From positions 14,851 to 78,850 of the forward strand of contig DIFI01000020.1 of assembly GCA_002419055.1 (NCBI GenBank): a stretch of 64,000 nt of DNA. Direction: 5' to 3'. The notes beneath the pieces are model-generated. The model did not search any database. It was not told the DNA's origin and saw only the letters and a program-made list of their open reading frames with translations. Of the stretch, positions 20,656 through 29,633 are shown piece after piece (within the stretch, counting starts at the first letter, position 1; each line of letters starts with the position of its first letter). This stretch comes from Peptococcaceae bacterium UBA5752. Lineage in GTDB: Bacteria; Bacillota; Dehalobacteriia; UBA4068. A program made the position numbers and the translations under genes.

Positions 20656-22899
20656 ATGGCTGAAAAAGCCCAAAGAAAAATTAAACAACTACTTGATAAA
20701 GGTAGTATTCTTTGGTGGCAACGGGGCATTACCATTTTTTGTATTATTGTGGCAACGCTGATTTTATCGTTTAATTTACTGCCGTTGCAAGTATCACTGA
20801 AGGCCGGCGATATTGCTGCCGAAGATGTCTATTACGAAGGTACTACCACTACTTATGTCAGTACATTGCTAACCCAGGCGGCAAAAAATAAAGCGGCTGA
20901 TGAAGTCGGTCAGATATTGAAATTGGACAATACGGTCTTAAGCAAGGTAATGTCAGATATAGATGAGAACTTTGCTGCTATTATTCAAGCAGCAAACGAC
21001 GAAACCTTAAATGATGGGGCCCGTCTCTATGTGTTACGAGAATCGCTTCCCGGCACTTATAGCGATGAGATGTTACGTTATATTTTATCGTACGACCAGA
21101 CAAATCTAAAAATGCTGCAGGCAAGCTTTAATACCATCGTTGCTGCCGCTTATAAGGGCGGTTTAAGCGGCGAGGATATACCTGCCGCCAAAGAAGAAAT
21201 CGCCGCAGCTATTGATAATCTTAATTACGGTGATAATTGCAGAAAATTTTTACTTTATTATAATGATGGCATGGAGTGGCCGCCCAGCAAAATATATGAT
21301 GCGGTAGCAACCGCTAATGCTGTTGAAAAGGCCATGAATAAGGTTACTTCGGTACAGGTTACTGTTCAGTCAGGTGAGAAGATTATCAGCAAGGGGTCAA
21401 ATGTTACTGCCGAGCAGGTAGAATCATTAGAAATGCTGGGCATGAAGAAAGAATCACTGCGCATATTGTCATATATAGGTTTGTTTTTAATTGTAGCAAT
21501 TTGTTTTGTACTGCTGCATATGTATATGCGTTATTATCAAAAGCGCGATTATGAAAACCGCTCATCATTGCTATTGATGGCAGTTGTTGTATTGCTGGTA
21601 TTGCTGCTGTGTAAGCTTCTATCATTACCTGATCTATCGGATAATTCGGAAATAGCCAAGCAAATAGGTTATTTACTGCCGGTGCCAGCAGCAGCTATTT
21701 TGTTATCAGTGTTATTGCGCAGGGGAATTGCCATTTTCTCTACAATTATTCTCAGCATATTGGTGGGGATTATCTGCGGTGGTGATTTATCTTTTGCTAT
21801 TGTTGCTATCGGCGGTAGTCTTGCCGGCATTCTTTCAACTCACAATCTCAATCAGCGTAGCCAGTTCGTCAGTTCCAGTTTTTACATTATGGCAGCTAAT
21901 ATTATATTGATTGCATCTTGGGGTTTTTTGTGGAGCCAGAGCTCAGAAGCAATACTATCCGGTATGGTAATCGGAGCTATCAACGGTTTTCTTTCGACTA
22001 TTTTAGTTATGGGTACCTTGCCTTATTTGGAAAGTGTATTTGGTGTTACCACAGTTGTTAAGTTGCTGGAATTATCCAATTCGAACCAACCATTATTGAA
22101 GCGGCTGATGATAGAAGCGCCCGGTACTTATAATCACAGTATTCTTGTCGGCAATCTTGCCGAAGCTGCCGCTGATGAAGTTGGCGCTGATCCGTTGCTG
22201 GTACGAGTGGCTTCATATTATCATGATATCGGTAAGCTCAAACGTCCCTATTTCTTTATCGAAAATCAAAGTTCATCCGATAATCCTCATGATAATTTGC
22301 AAGTATCCTTAAGCGCCTTGATATTGACTTCTCATGTCAAAGACGGTATTGATCTGCTTAAAGAAAATAAATTTCCGAAAGAGATTATAGATATAGTAGA
22401 GCAGCATCATGGGACAAGTTTAATATCATATTTTTATCAGAAGGCATTAGAAAATGCCGATGATCCAGTCAGCATTCATAAAGATGATTTTCGTTATACA
22501 GGGCGTAAGCCGCAAACCAAGGAGGCGGCATTGGTATTGCTTGCCGATGTGGTACAAGCCGCCGTTCAATCTTTGATTGGTGACGAAAGAAGCAAAATCG
22601 AAGCCAAGGTGCGAGAAGTAATCAAGAATAAGGTTGATGATGATCAGTTACACGAATGCCCTTTAACATTTAAGGACCTTGATATTATTGCCAATGCCTT
22701 TCTAATGGTTTTAAGCGGATTTAATCATCAACGGATTGTTTATCCCGAAGATGTGGCAAAAGAAGTAGGAGCTGTGATAGATGAGGATATACTTACGGAT
22801 AACCAACAAATTTCCGGCGATAGCGGTCAGCAAGGAAATGAGGAGCCTTTGGCGGATGCTGGCCAAGTTGACGGTCAGCCAGGCAGCGCCGGAGATTGA
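20656..22899 (+). CDS. 7TM-HD membrane phosphohydrolase (YqfF/PgpH family)
   Basis: Extracellular N-terminal domain, seven TM helices and an HD domain (HSILVGNLAE...YYHDIGK...HHG). Ends in an acidic low-complexity tail. Confidence 0.85.
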   Translation: MAEKAQRKIKQLLDKGSILWWQRGITIFCIIVATLILSFNLLPLQVSLKAGDIAAEDVYYEGTTTTYVSTLLTQAAKNKAADEVGQILKLDNTVLSKVMSDIDENFAAIIQAANDETLNDGARLYVLRESLPGTYSDEMLRYILSYDQTNLKMLQASFNTIVAAAYKGGLSGEDIPAAKEEIAAAIDNLNYGDNCRKFLLYYNDGMEWPPSKIYDAVATANAVEKAMNKVTSVQVTVQSGEKIISKGSNVTAEQVESLEMLGMKKESLRILSYIGLFLIVAICFVLLHMYMRYYQKRDYENRSSLLLMAVVVLLVLLLCKLLSLPDLSDNSEIAKQIGYLLPVPAAAILLSVLLRRGIAIFSTIILSILVGIICGGDLSFAIVAIGGSLAGILSTHNLNQRSQFVSSSFYIMAANIILIASWGFLWSQSSEAILSGMVIGAINGFLSTILVMGTLPYLESVFGVTTVVKLLELSNSNQPLLKRLMIEAPGTYNHSILVGNLAEAAADEVGADPLLVRVASYYHDIGKLKRPYFFIENQSSSDNPHDNLQVSLSALILTSHVKDGIDLLKENKFPKEIIDIVEQHHGTSLISYFYQKALENADDPVSIHKDDFRYTGRKPQTKEAALVLLADVVQAAVQSLIGDERSKIEAKVREVIKNKVDDDQLHECPLTFKDLDIIANAFLMVLSGFNHQRIVYPEDVAKEVGAVIDEDILTDNQQISGDSGQQGNEEPLADAGQVDGQPGSAGD

Positions 22900-23254
22900 T
22901 CAGAATTTGGAAATCAGTTTAATGATTACCGATAATGAAACAATCAAAGAATTAAACGCGACTTACCGCAATAAAGATATGATTACGGATGTGTTATCTT
23001 TTCCCCAGGGCGATGGGAATTTTGTACTGCCCGGAGAACCGTTGTTGCTAGGTGATATTGTGGTTTGTTGGCCGCGCGCTTGTGAGCAAGCAGAGCAATA
23101 TGGACACAATATTGAGCGCGAAGCAGGTTTTCTCTTTGTGCATGGACTGCTGCATCTACTTGGTTACGATCATATTGTCGCTGAGCAAGAGGAACAAATG
23201 CGGTCACTGCAACGTCAGATTATTGAGTCAGCCGGGTTGGCTATAGCGGAATAG
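22781..23254 (+). CDS. ybeY: rRNA maturation endoribonuclease YbeY
   Basis: TDVLSFP and the zinc motif HGLLHLLGYDH. ATG 22781 has SD AGGAG 9 nt upstream. ATG 22856 is an alternative start. Confidence 0.85.
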   Translation: MRIYLRITNKFPAIAVSKEMRSLWRMLAKLTVSQAAPEIDQNLEISLMITDNETIKELNATYRNKDMITDVLSFPQGDGNFVLPGEPLLLGDIVVCWPRACEQAEQYGHNIEREAGFLFVHGLLHLLGYDHIVAEQEEQMRSLQRQIIESAGLAIAE

Positions 23255-23282
23255 TATACGTAAAAAAATCAAGGGAGATCGT

Positions 23283-23642
23283 ATGAATAACAAGCTGCTG
23301 CGTTCTTTCTATTATGCTTGCCAAGGCATTAAGCATGCATTTGTCAGTGAACGCAATATGAAAATTCACGGGATAGTGATGGTATTCGTTATTGCTGCTG
23401 CTTTTTTCTTTAATATCAGCCGCATTGAGTTTTTGATAGTTCTCTTAACCATTGCGATGGTAATTGGTTTAGAAATGACTAATACGGCGATTGAGTCATT
23501 AGTAAATTCAATCATTAATGAATATTGTCCCTGGGCGGCAGTAGCCAAAAATGTGGCTGCGGGCGCAGTATTATTTTCCGCAGCGGTTGCAATAATTATC
23601 GGCTTGGTTATTTTTGTACCGTACATTGTTCAGTATTGGTAA
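23283..23642 (+). CDS. dgkA: Diacylglycerol / undecaprenol kinase (DgkA family)
   Basis: FYYACQGIKHAFVSERNMKIH...LEMTNTAIESLVN, three TM helices, 119 aa. Confidence 0.8.
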   Translation: MNNKLLRSFYYACQGIKHAFVSERNMKIHGIVMVFVIAAAFFFNISRIEFLIVLLTIAMVIGLEMTNTAIESLVNSIINEYCPWAAVAKNVAAGAVLFSAAVAIIIGLVIFVPYIVQYW

Positions 23643-23654
23643 TGGAGGACGAAT

Positions 23655-24662
23655 ATGAAAAAAATTATCGTAGTCATGCTAATTATGACAACTCTGTTCG
23701 TTACATCATGTTCCAAGAGTACTAAAGAAGAGACACAGCAGGCAGAACCGATTTATAATCCGCTTACTTATGAGCAGGTTAGCGATCAGCACGACTTAGA
23801 GAGGCGAGTATTTATTGTCAGCCTTGATAATTCGCCCGCTGCGCGGCCACAGAGCGGTTTGAGCGACGCCGATATAATGTATGAAGTTCCGGCGGAGGGC
23901 GGTATCAGCCGCTATTTGGCATTGTTTTATGTCGGTTCTGCCGATACTATCGGGCCGGTGCGCAGCGCCAGACCTTATATGGTAGATATTACACGAGAGT
24001 GGGATGGCGTTTTTGTTCACTGCGGGTGGAGCGAAGATGCCAAGGCCTATCTTAACCGGGGATATGTTGATTTCATCAATGAGTTTGGTTACGGAAGTTC
24101 GTTTTGGCGCGATAAAAGCCGCAAGGCACCTCACAATCTCTATACTTCAACTGAAAACCTTTATGCCATAGTGGAGGAAGAAGGTTGGGATAGCGTAAAT
24201 CTGGTACGGGAGTTTTCCTTTTATTCGTCCGACGACCTGTTAGTAGGTGATAAAGCGGACCTGATAGATATTGATTATCCCGTTGCGAATAATAGATATA
24301 AATATGATCAGAAAAGCGGGCTCTATTTGCGATATATCAACAGTGAAGCACAAATTGATCCCAATAATGATCAACAAATTGAAGTTGCCAACATTATTGT
24401 GCAAAAAGTTGCCTCAAAAGTTTTGGATAGCGCCGGACGCTTGAGCATTGATCTGACCGGCAGCGGTGAGGCGATGTTGTTTTCTAAAGGAACAGTACGC
24501 ATTGGCTCCTGGAAACGTGCCGACTTGGATAGTCCGACTTACTTCTGTGATTCCGCGGGTAACGAGTGGCAGCTTGCTCCCGGTAAGACTTGGATTCAGA
24601 TTTGTGATCAGCGTGTGGATATTTCCTATCAGGATACAACAGCGACAACAGAGGAAGAGTAA
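23655..24662 (+). CDS. DUF3048-domain lipoprotein (YerB-like)
   Basis: Lipoprotein signal with lipobox (LFVTSC). The core SLDNSPAARPQSGLSDADIMYEVPAEGGISRYLALFY...VRSARPY is DUF3048-like. Confidence 0.7.
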   Translation: MKKIIVVMLIMTTLFVTSCSKSTKEETQQAEPIYNPLTYEQVSDQHDLERRVFIVSLDNSPAARPQSGLSDADIMYEVPAEGGISRYLALFYVGSADTIGPVRSARPYMVDITREWDGVFVHCGWSEDAKAYLNRGYVDFINEFGYGSSFWRDKSRKAPHNLYTSTENLYAIVEEEGWDSVNLVREFSFYSSDDLLVGDKADLIDIDYPVANNRYKYDQKSGLYLRYINSEAQIDPNNDQQIEVANIIVQKVASKVLDSAGRLSIDLTGSGEAMLFSKGTVRIGSWKRADLDSPTYFCDSAGNEWQLAPGKTWIQICDQRVDISYQDTTATTEEE

Positions 24663-24670
24663 GGAGTAGC

Positions 24671-25567
24671 ATGGACAAAGAATACAAATCCGGGTTAGTT
24701 GCCATTATTGGTCGGCCTAACGCGGGCAAATCAACTTTGCTTAATCAATTAATGGGACAAAAACTGGCGATTACTTCCGATAAGCCGCAGACTACGCGGA
24801 ACAGCATTCGCGGTATTTATACGACAGACGAAATGCAGGCAGTATTTATTGATACGCCCGGAGTACAAAAGCCTAAGGATGCACTTAATCAACGGATGAT
24901 GCGCTCGGTTAAGGACTCGTTGGAAGGTAGCGATCTGCTGCTCTATTTGGTAGACGGTACATCGGAATTTGGCGGCGGAGAGGAATATATATTAAATATT
25001 TTATCAGCGCCAAAAACGCCGGTATTTTTAATAATAAATAAAATCGATTTATTAAAACCAGAACAATTATTGCCGTTGATTGCTTTTTATAGTCAAAAAT
25101 TTAATTTTGCGGAAATTATACCGGTATCTGCTTTGACAGGTGACGGCAGCGAATTATTAAAAAAGGTAATATATCAATATTTACCGGTGGGTCCGCAGTA
25201 TTACCCGCCTGATTTATTATCAGACCATACAGAAGAACATTTGTTTGGTGAGTTAATCCGTGAACAGATTTTGCGCAAAACCGAGGATGAGATACCGCAT
25301 TCTGTAGCCGTGAAGGTAGAAAGAGTAGAAGAGCGCGCCAGCGGATGCCTTTATATAGCTGCCGTTATCTATGTAGAAAGAGCCAGCCAAAAGGGTATCA
25401 TTATCGGCAAAGGCGGCGCCAAGCTCAAGAGCATTGCTACCGCGGCGCGGCAGGAAATAGAGCGGATCTTAGGCTGCGGTGTTTATTTGGAGCTATTGGT
25501 AAAACAAAAAAAGAATTGGCGTAATGATGAAAGGATTTTACGCGATATTGATTGTGAAAACGAATAA
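24671..25567 (+). CDS. era: GTPase Era
   Basis: G1 GRPNAGKST, G3 DTPG, G4 NKID, C-terminal KH domain (IIIGKGGAKLKSI). Confidence 0.95.
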   Translation: MDKEYKSGLVAIIGRPNAGKSTLLNQLMGQKLAITSDKPQTTRNSIRGIYTTDEMQAVFIDTPGVQKPKDALNQRMMRSVKDSLEGSDLLLYLVDGTSEFGGGEEYILNILSAPKTPVFLIINKIDLLKPEQLLPLIAFYSQKFNFAEIIPVSALTGDGSELLKKVIYQYLPVGPQYYPPDLLSDHTEEHLFGELIREQILRKTEDEIPHSVAVKVERVEERASGCLYIAAVIYVERASQKGIIIGKGGAKLKSIATAARQEIERILGCGVYLELLVKQKKNWRNDERILRDIDCENE

Positions 25568-25622
25568 TTTTTTTTAAAGATGGATATATTGAACTTCTTG
25601 ATCATGGAAAGGGTATTAGTAA

Positions 25623-26372
25623 ATGGAGGAACGTAATTACCGCCTGCAGGCGGTAATCCTGCATAATCGTGATTATAAGGAAAATGATAAATTAGTCAGC
25701 TTTTTTAGCAGCGAACGAGGCAAAGAAACAGCGCTGGCTAAAGGTGCGCGCAAACCCAATAGTAGTTTACGTAGTTTGGTACAGCCGTTTTGTGAGGTAG
25801 AGATCGATTTTGCCAAAGGCAGAGGCAGCCTTGATATCATTACTCAGGGACAGTTATCTAATGCTTATTTGAATTTGCATAATGATCTGGACAAGATTGC
25901 CTATGCTACTTATATTATGGAATTGACCGATTTGGCATTGCCGGAAAAAAAGGCAGTGCCTGCGGTCTTTTATCTTTTACTGGCAACATTGACGATGATT
26001 GATTTATCTGATGAATTATTTTTGGCTGCCCGCTTCTTTGAACTGCGTTTACTTGCAGTTTTGGGTGTGGCGCCAATTCTTAATTGCTGCAGCGGCTGCA
26101 GACGCAGTATCGCCGAAAGTACATTTTATCTTTCACCTTATCGGGGAGGATTACTTTGCGCATCCTGCTCTGCCGAGCAGCCGCGGGTTAGTGCCGGTAC
26201 GGTACGCATGATGCAGTATTTAGCAACCGCAGACTTAAAAAAAATATTAAATCTGAAAATTAATAACCAGATGGGGCATGAGATGGAACAGGCTTTAGAG
26301 GTATATCTCAATTACTATTTGGAAAAGGTTTCGCAAGCAAAACGTTTTATTAATCAATTAGAAAAGGGCTAA
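25623..26372 (+). CDS. recO: DNA repair protein RecO
   Basis: N-terminal OB-fold (AVILHNRDYKENDKLVSFFS...G), a Cys-rich zinc motif (CCSGC...LLCASC) and position after era. Confidence 0.85.
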   Translation: MEERNYRLQAVILHNRDYKENDKLVSFFSSERGKETALAKGARKPNSSLRSLVQPFCEVEIDFAKGRGSLDIITQGQLSNAYLNLHNDLDKIAYATYIMELTDLALPEKKAVPAVFYLLLATLTMIDLSDELFLAARFFELRLLAVLGVAPILNCCSGCRRSIAESTFYLSPYRGGLLCASCSAEQPRVSAGTVRMMQYLATADLKKILNLKINNQMGHEMEQALEVYLNYYLEKVSQAKRFINQLEKG

Positions 26373-26483
26373 GGCTATTAATTATACGGTCGATACCCAA
26401 GCTGCCGAGTGGTTATCAGTAAATTATCGGAAATAGACTGTAAATTGCGTATTTTAAAACAGTAATGACTATTTATTATAAAA

Positions 26484-26512
26484 TTGACAGTAGATAATTC
26501 TTTTAGTATAAT
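26484..26512 (+). promoter_or_regulatory. Perfect consensus sigma-A promoter upstream of glyQ
   Basis: TTGACA (26484-26489), a 17-nt spacer, then TATAAT (26507-26512), leaving a leader of about 70 nt. Confidence 0.65.
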
Positions 26513-26586
26513 AATCTGTAAATGTATTTGGTGGAGTATAAAAAATTGCAGATAACTGTCTAAAAATATCGACAGGAGCATTAAGA

Positions 26587-27504
26587 ATGAATTTTCAAGA
26601 GATTATATTGACTTTAAACAAATTCTGGGGTGAACATGGTTGTTTGATATTGCAGCCTTATGATATTGAAAAAGGTGCAGGCACAATGAATCCTGCGACT
26701 TTCTTGCACGCTTTGGGTCCGGAACCTTGGAATGTTGCCTATGTTGAGCCTTCTCGACGTCCCACCGACGGTCGCTACGGGGAGAACCCCAACCGCCTAC
26801 AGCATTACTATCAATACCAAGTAATATTAAAGCCTTCTCCGGATAACGTACAGGAGCTGTATTTGCAGTCATTGGCAGCAATCGGTGTGTCAGCCGAAGA
26901 ACATGATATTCGTTTTGTTGAAGATAACTGGGAAAGCCCAACTTTGGGAGCTTGGGGATTGGGTTGGGAAGTCTGGCTTGATGGCATGGAGATCACTCAG
27001 TTTACCTATTTTCAGCAATGCGGCGGCATCGACTGCAAACCCGTTTGCGCAGAGCTGACCTATGGTATAGAACGCTTAGCGATGTTTATCCAAAAAGTTG
27101 ACAGTGTTTATGATATCAGTTGGGTAGGAGATATTAGCTACGGTGATGTTCACCATCAAAATGAAGTCGACTACTCTCATTATAATTTTGAAGCTGCGGA
27201 TACCGATATGCTGTTCACTCTTTTTGAGATGTTTGAAAAGGAATGTGAACGTATTATTACTCTGGGATTGGTACAACCGGCTTATGATTACGCGTTGAAA
27301 TGCTCGCATACATTTAATCTTCTTGACGCTCGTAGTGCGATCAGCGTTACCGAGCGGCAATCTTTTGTGGCGCGCGTTCGTCACTTGGCCAATGCCTGTG
27401 CCGAGGGTTATTTAGCGCAAAGAGCCAAAATGAATTTTCCTTTGATTAAAGATGCTGCCTTGCGTTTGCAGCTTGGTTTAGACACCGGCAAGGAGGCAGA
27501 ATAA
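26587..27504 (+). CDS. glyQ: Glycine--tRNA ligase alpha subunit
   Basis: [19 protein letters not shown]...[26 protein letters not shown], highly conserved GlyQ. Confidence 0.97.
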   Translation: MNFQEIILTLNKFWGEHGCLILQPYDIEKGAGTMNPATFLHALGPEPWNVAYVEPSRRPTDGRYGENPNRLQHYYQYQVILKPSPDNVQELYLQSLAAIGVSAEEHDIRFVEDNWESPTLGAWGLGWEVWLDGMEITQFTYFQQCGGIDCKPVCAELTYGIERLAMFIQKVDSVYDISWVGDISYGDVHHQNEVDYSHYNFEAADTDMLFTLFEMFEKECERIITLGLVQPAYDYALKCSHTFNLLDARSAISVTERQSFVARVRHLANACAEGYLAQRAKMNFPLIKDAALRLQLGLDTGKEAE

Positions 27505-29597
27505 TGAGTGATAGAAAAGATTTTCTGTTAGAAATCGGCACAGAGGAAATACCGGCGCGCTTTTTGCCTCCGGCTTTAAAACAAATGCGGGCGTTGGCGG
27601 CCGAGGCAATGGTCTCCAAAACGCTTGATTATCAGCAGATAGATATATATGCCACGCCACGAAGACTGACTTTGATAGTCAAAGGTCTGGTGACAAGGCA
27701 GCTGGACAGTAAAACCGAAATTAAAGGTCCGGCTTTAAAATCCGCTTATGATGCCGATGGCGCTCCAACCAAAGCATTACTCGGCTTTTGTAAAGGTCAC
27801 GGATTGGAGCCGGATAGTTTACGGCAAAAAGAAATATCCGGCAATATTTATCTTTTCGCAGATAAAGAAATTGCCGGACAGCCAACGGTATCAGTATTGC
27901 CGGAATTAGTAAATAATTTTCTTTCAAAAATACATTTTCCCAAGCCGATGCGCTGGGGTTATCAGGAAATGCGTTTTGCCCGTCCGCTGCGTTGGCTGGT
28001 AGTATTGTTTGGCAACGAAGTGGTAGAGATGGAGATTGCCGATGTAAAAGCAGACCGCATCAGCCGTGGTCATCGTACGCTTGGTTCACAGCAGATTATC
28101 ATTGATAATGCTGATAGTTATCTGCAAAAATTAGCTGAGAACTTCGTCATTTGCGATCAACAGCAACGTAGGCAAATAATCTGGCAGCAAATTAATGATG
28201 TTGCAGCATCAGTCGGCGGTCGTGTTGAGGATGACCAGGAGTTACTCAGCGAAGTTGTATTTCTTGTTGAATATCCGACGGCGTTGGTTGGCTCTTTCGA
28301 TAAAAAATATTTAGAAATACCACAAGAGCTGGTAATTACGCCTATGCGTGAACATCAGCGCTATTTCCCTGTTTACGATCAGAGCGGGAAACTATTGCCG
28401 CTCTTTATAACCGTGCGTAATGGTGATGATCGTTTTCTTAAGACTGTTACAGCCGGCAATGAAAAGGTTTTGCGCGCTCGCCTATCTGATGCCGAATTTT
28501 TCTGGCATGAGGATCTTGCCGCTGATTTGGAAGCCAATGTAGAAAAGTTATCAAGCGTTGTTTTCCATGAAAAAATTGGTACGCTGCGGCAAAAGGTCAC
28601 GCGTATCGGCAAATTAGCATCATTGATTGCTACCAAATTAGACTATGACAAAGAAGACTCATTAAGAACCCAACGTGCCGCATTACTGGCCAAGGCAGAT
28701 TTAGTATCAAATGTTGTTTATGAGTTCCCGGAATTACAGGGAATTATCGGCGAATATTATGCGTTAGCAGCCGATGAGGATAAATTTGTAGCTCAGGCTA
28801 TTCGTGAGCATTATATGCCACGTTTTGCCGGTGATCAGTTGCCGCAAAGCCGGCCCGGTATTGCAGTATCTCTGGCCGATAAGCTTGACAGCCTCTGCTG
28901 TTTCTTTGCCATTGGCATGCAGCCGACCGGTTCTCAAGATCCCTATGCATTGCGCAGAGCGGCAGCCGGTTGTACTCAGATAATTATTAAGAATCGCCTC
29001 TATATTTCCCTCCAAGAAATATTTGAATTTGCGTATCAGTTGCTACAACAAGATGTTCCTTCTATTGGTATTGAAGAATGTAGCGGCAATCTATTAGAGT
29101 TTTTCCGTCAGCGGGTAGAAAATTTCCTTGACGAAGAACAGGTAGCCTATGATACGATTAATGCTGTTACCGCCAAATTTGGTGATAATATATTAGATGT
29201 TTTGTGCAGAGTGGAAGCGTTGCGTGCTTATCGTCTGCAGCCGGGTTTTGCGCCATTGATGGCCGGATTTACCCGCGCGGCAAATCTTTTACGTTCCGCA
29301 AAAAGCGACCAACTATCTGCTGACATCGATGATCAATTGCTTAAGGAGGAGGCGGAAAAGCAACTATATAAACAATTACTACTTGTTGAGGCTAATGTTA
29401 GAAATGCGATTGAACAAAAAGATTATTTATCAGTATTAAATCATATTGGCGAACTCACTCCGTTTATCGACAAATTTTTCAATGATGTGATGGTGCTTAC
29501 TGAGGATCTGGCATTACGTAACAACAGAGTAGCACTGCTTAAGCGGATTGTCGCTTTAAGCGCTGACTTTGGTGATTTAACAAAAATAGTTATATAA
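27504..29597 (+). CDS. glyS: Glycine--tRNA ligase beta subunit
   Basis: The ATG overlaps the glyQ stop (TAATG). LLEIGTEEIPARF N-terminus, 697 aa, C-terminal anticodon-binding domain. Confidence 0.95.
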   Translation: MSDRKDFLLEIGTEEIPARFLPPALKQMRALAAEAMVSKTLDYQQIDIYATPRRLTLIVKGLVTRQLDSKTEIKGPALKSAYDADGAPTKALLGFCKGHGLEPDSLRQKEISGNIYLFADKEIAGQPTVSVLPELVNNFLSKIHFPKPMRWGYQEMRFARPLRWLVVLFGNEVVEMEIADVKADRISRGHRTLGSQQIIIDNADSYLQKLAENFVICDQQQRRQIIWQQINDVAASVGGRVEDDQELLSEVVFLVEYPTALVGSFDKKYLEIPQELVITPMREHQRYFPVYDQSGKLLPLFITVRNGDDRFLKTVTAGNEKVLRARLSDAEFFWHEDLAADLEANVEKLSSVVFHEKIGTLRQKVTRIGKLASLIATKLDYDKEDSLRTQRAALLAKADLVSNVVYEFPELQGIIGEYYALAADEDKFVAQAIREHYMPRFAGDQLPQSRPGIAVSLADKLDSLCCFFAIGMQPTGSQDPYALRRAAAGCTQIIIKNRLYISLQEIFEFAYQLLQQDVPSIGIEECSGNLLEFFRQRVENFLDEEQVAYDTINAVTAKFGDNILDVLCRVEALRAYRLQPGFAPLMAGFTRAANLLRSAKSDQLSADIDDQLLKEEAEKQLYKQLLLVEANVRNAIEQKDYLSVLNHIGELTPFIDKFFNDVMVLTEDLALRNNRVALLKRIVALSADFGDLTKIVI

Positions 29598-29633
29598 AAC
29601 AATATTTCAAGTAATTAAAGGAGGCATTTTTTG

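Noticed and set aside
26378-26581. Listed 67-aa minus-strand ORF between recO and glyQ
   Set aside because: It lies across the glyQ consensus promoter, has no SD, and is AT-rich with low complexity.
26373-26586. T-box riboswitch upstream of glyQS, expected by analogy with B. subtilis
   Set aside because: The spacer has no conserved T-box 14-mer, no specifier-loop architecture and no terminator/antiterminator pair. The consensus promoter leaves only a ~70-nt leader.
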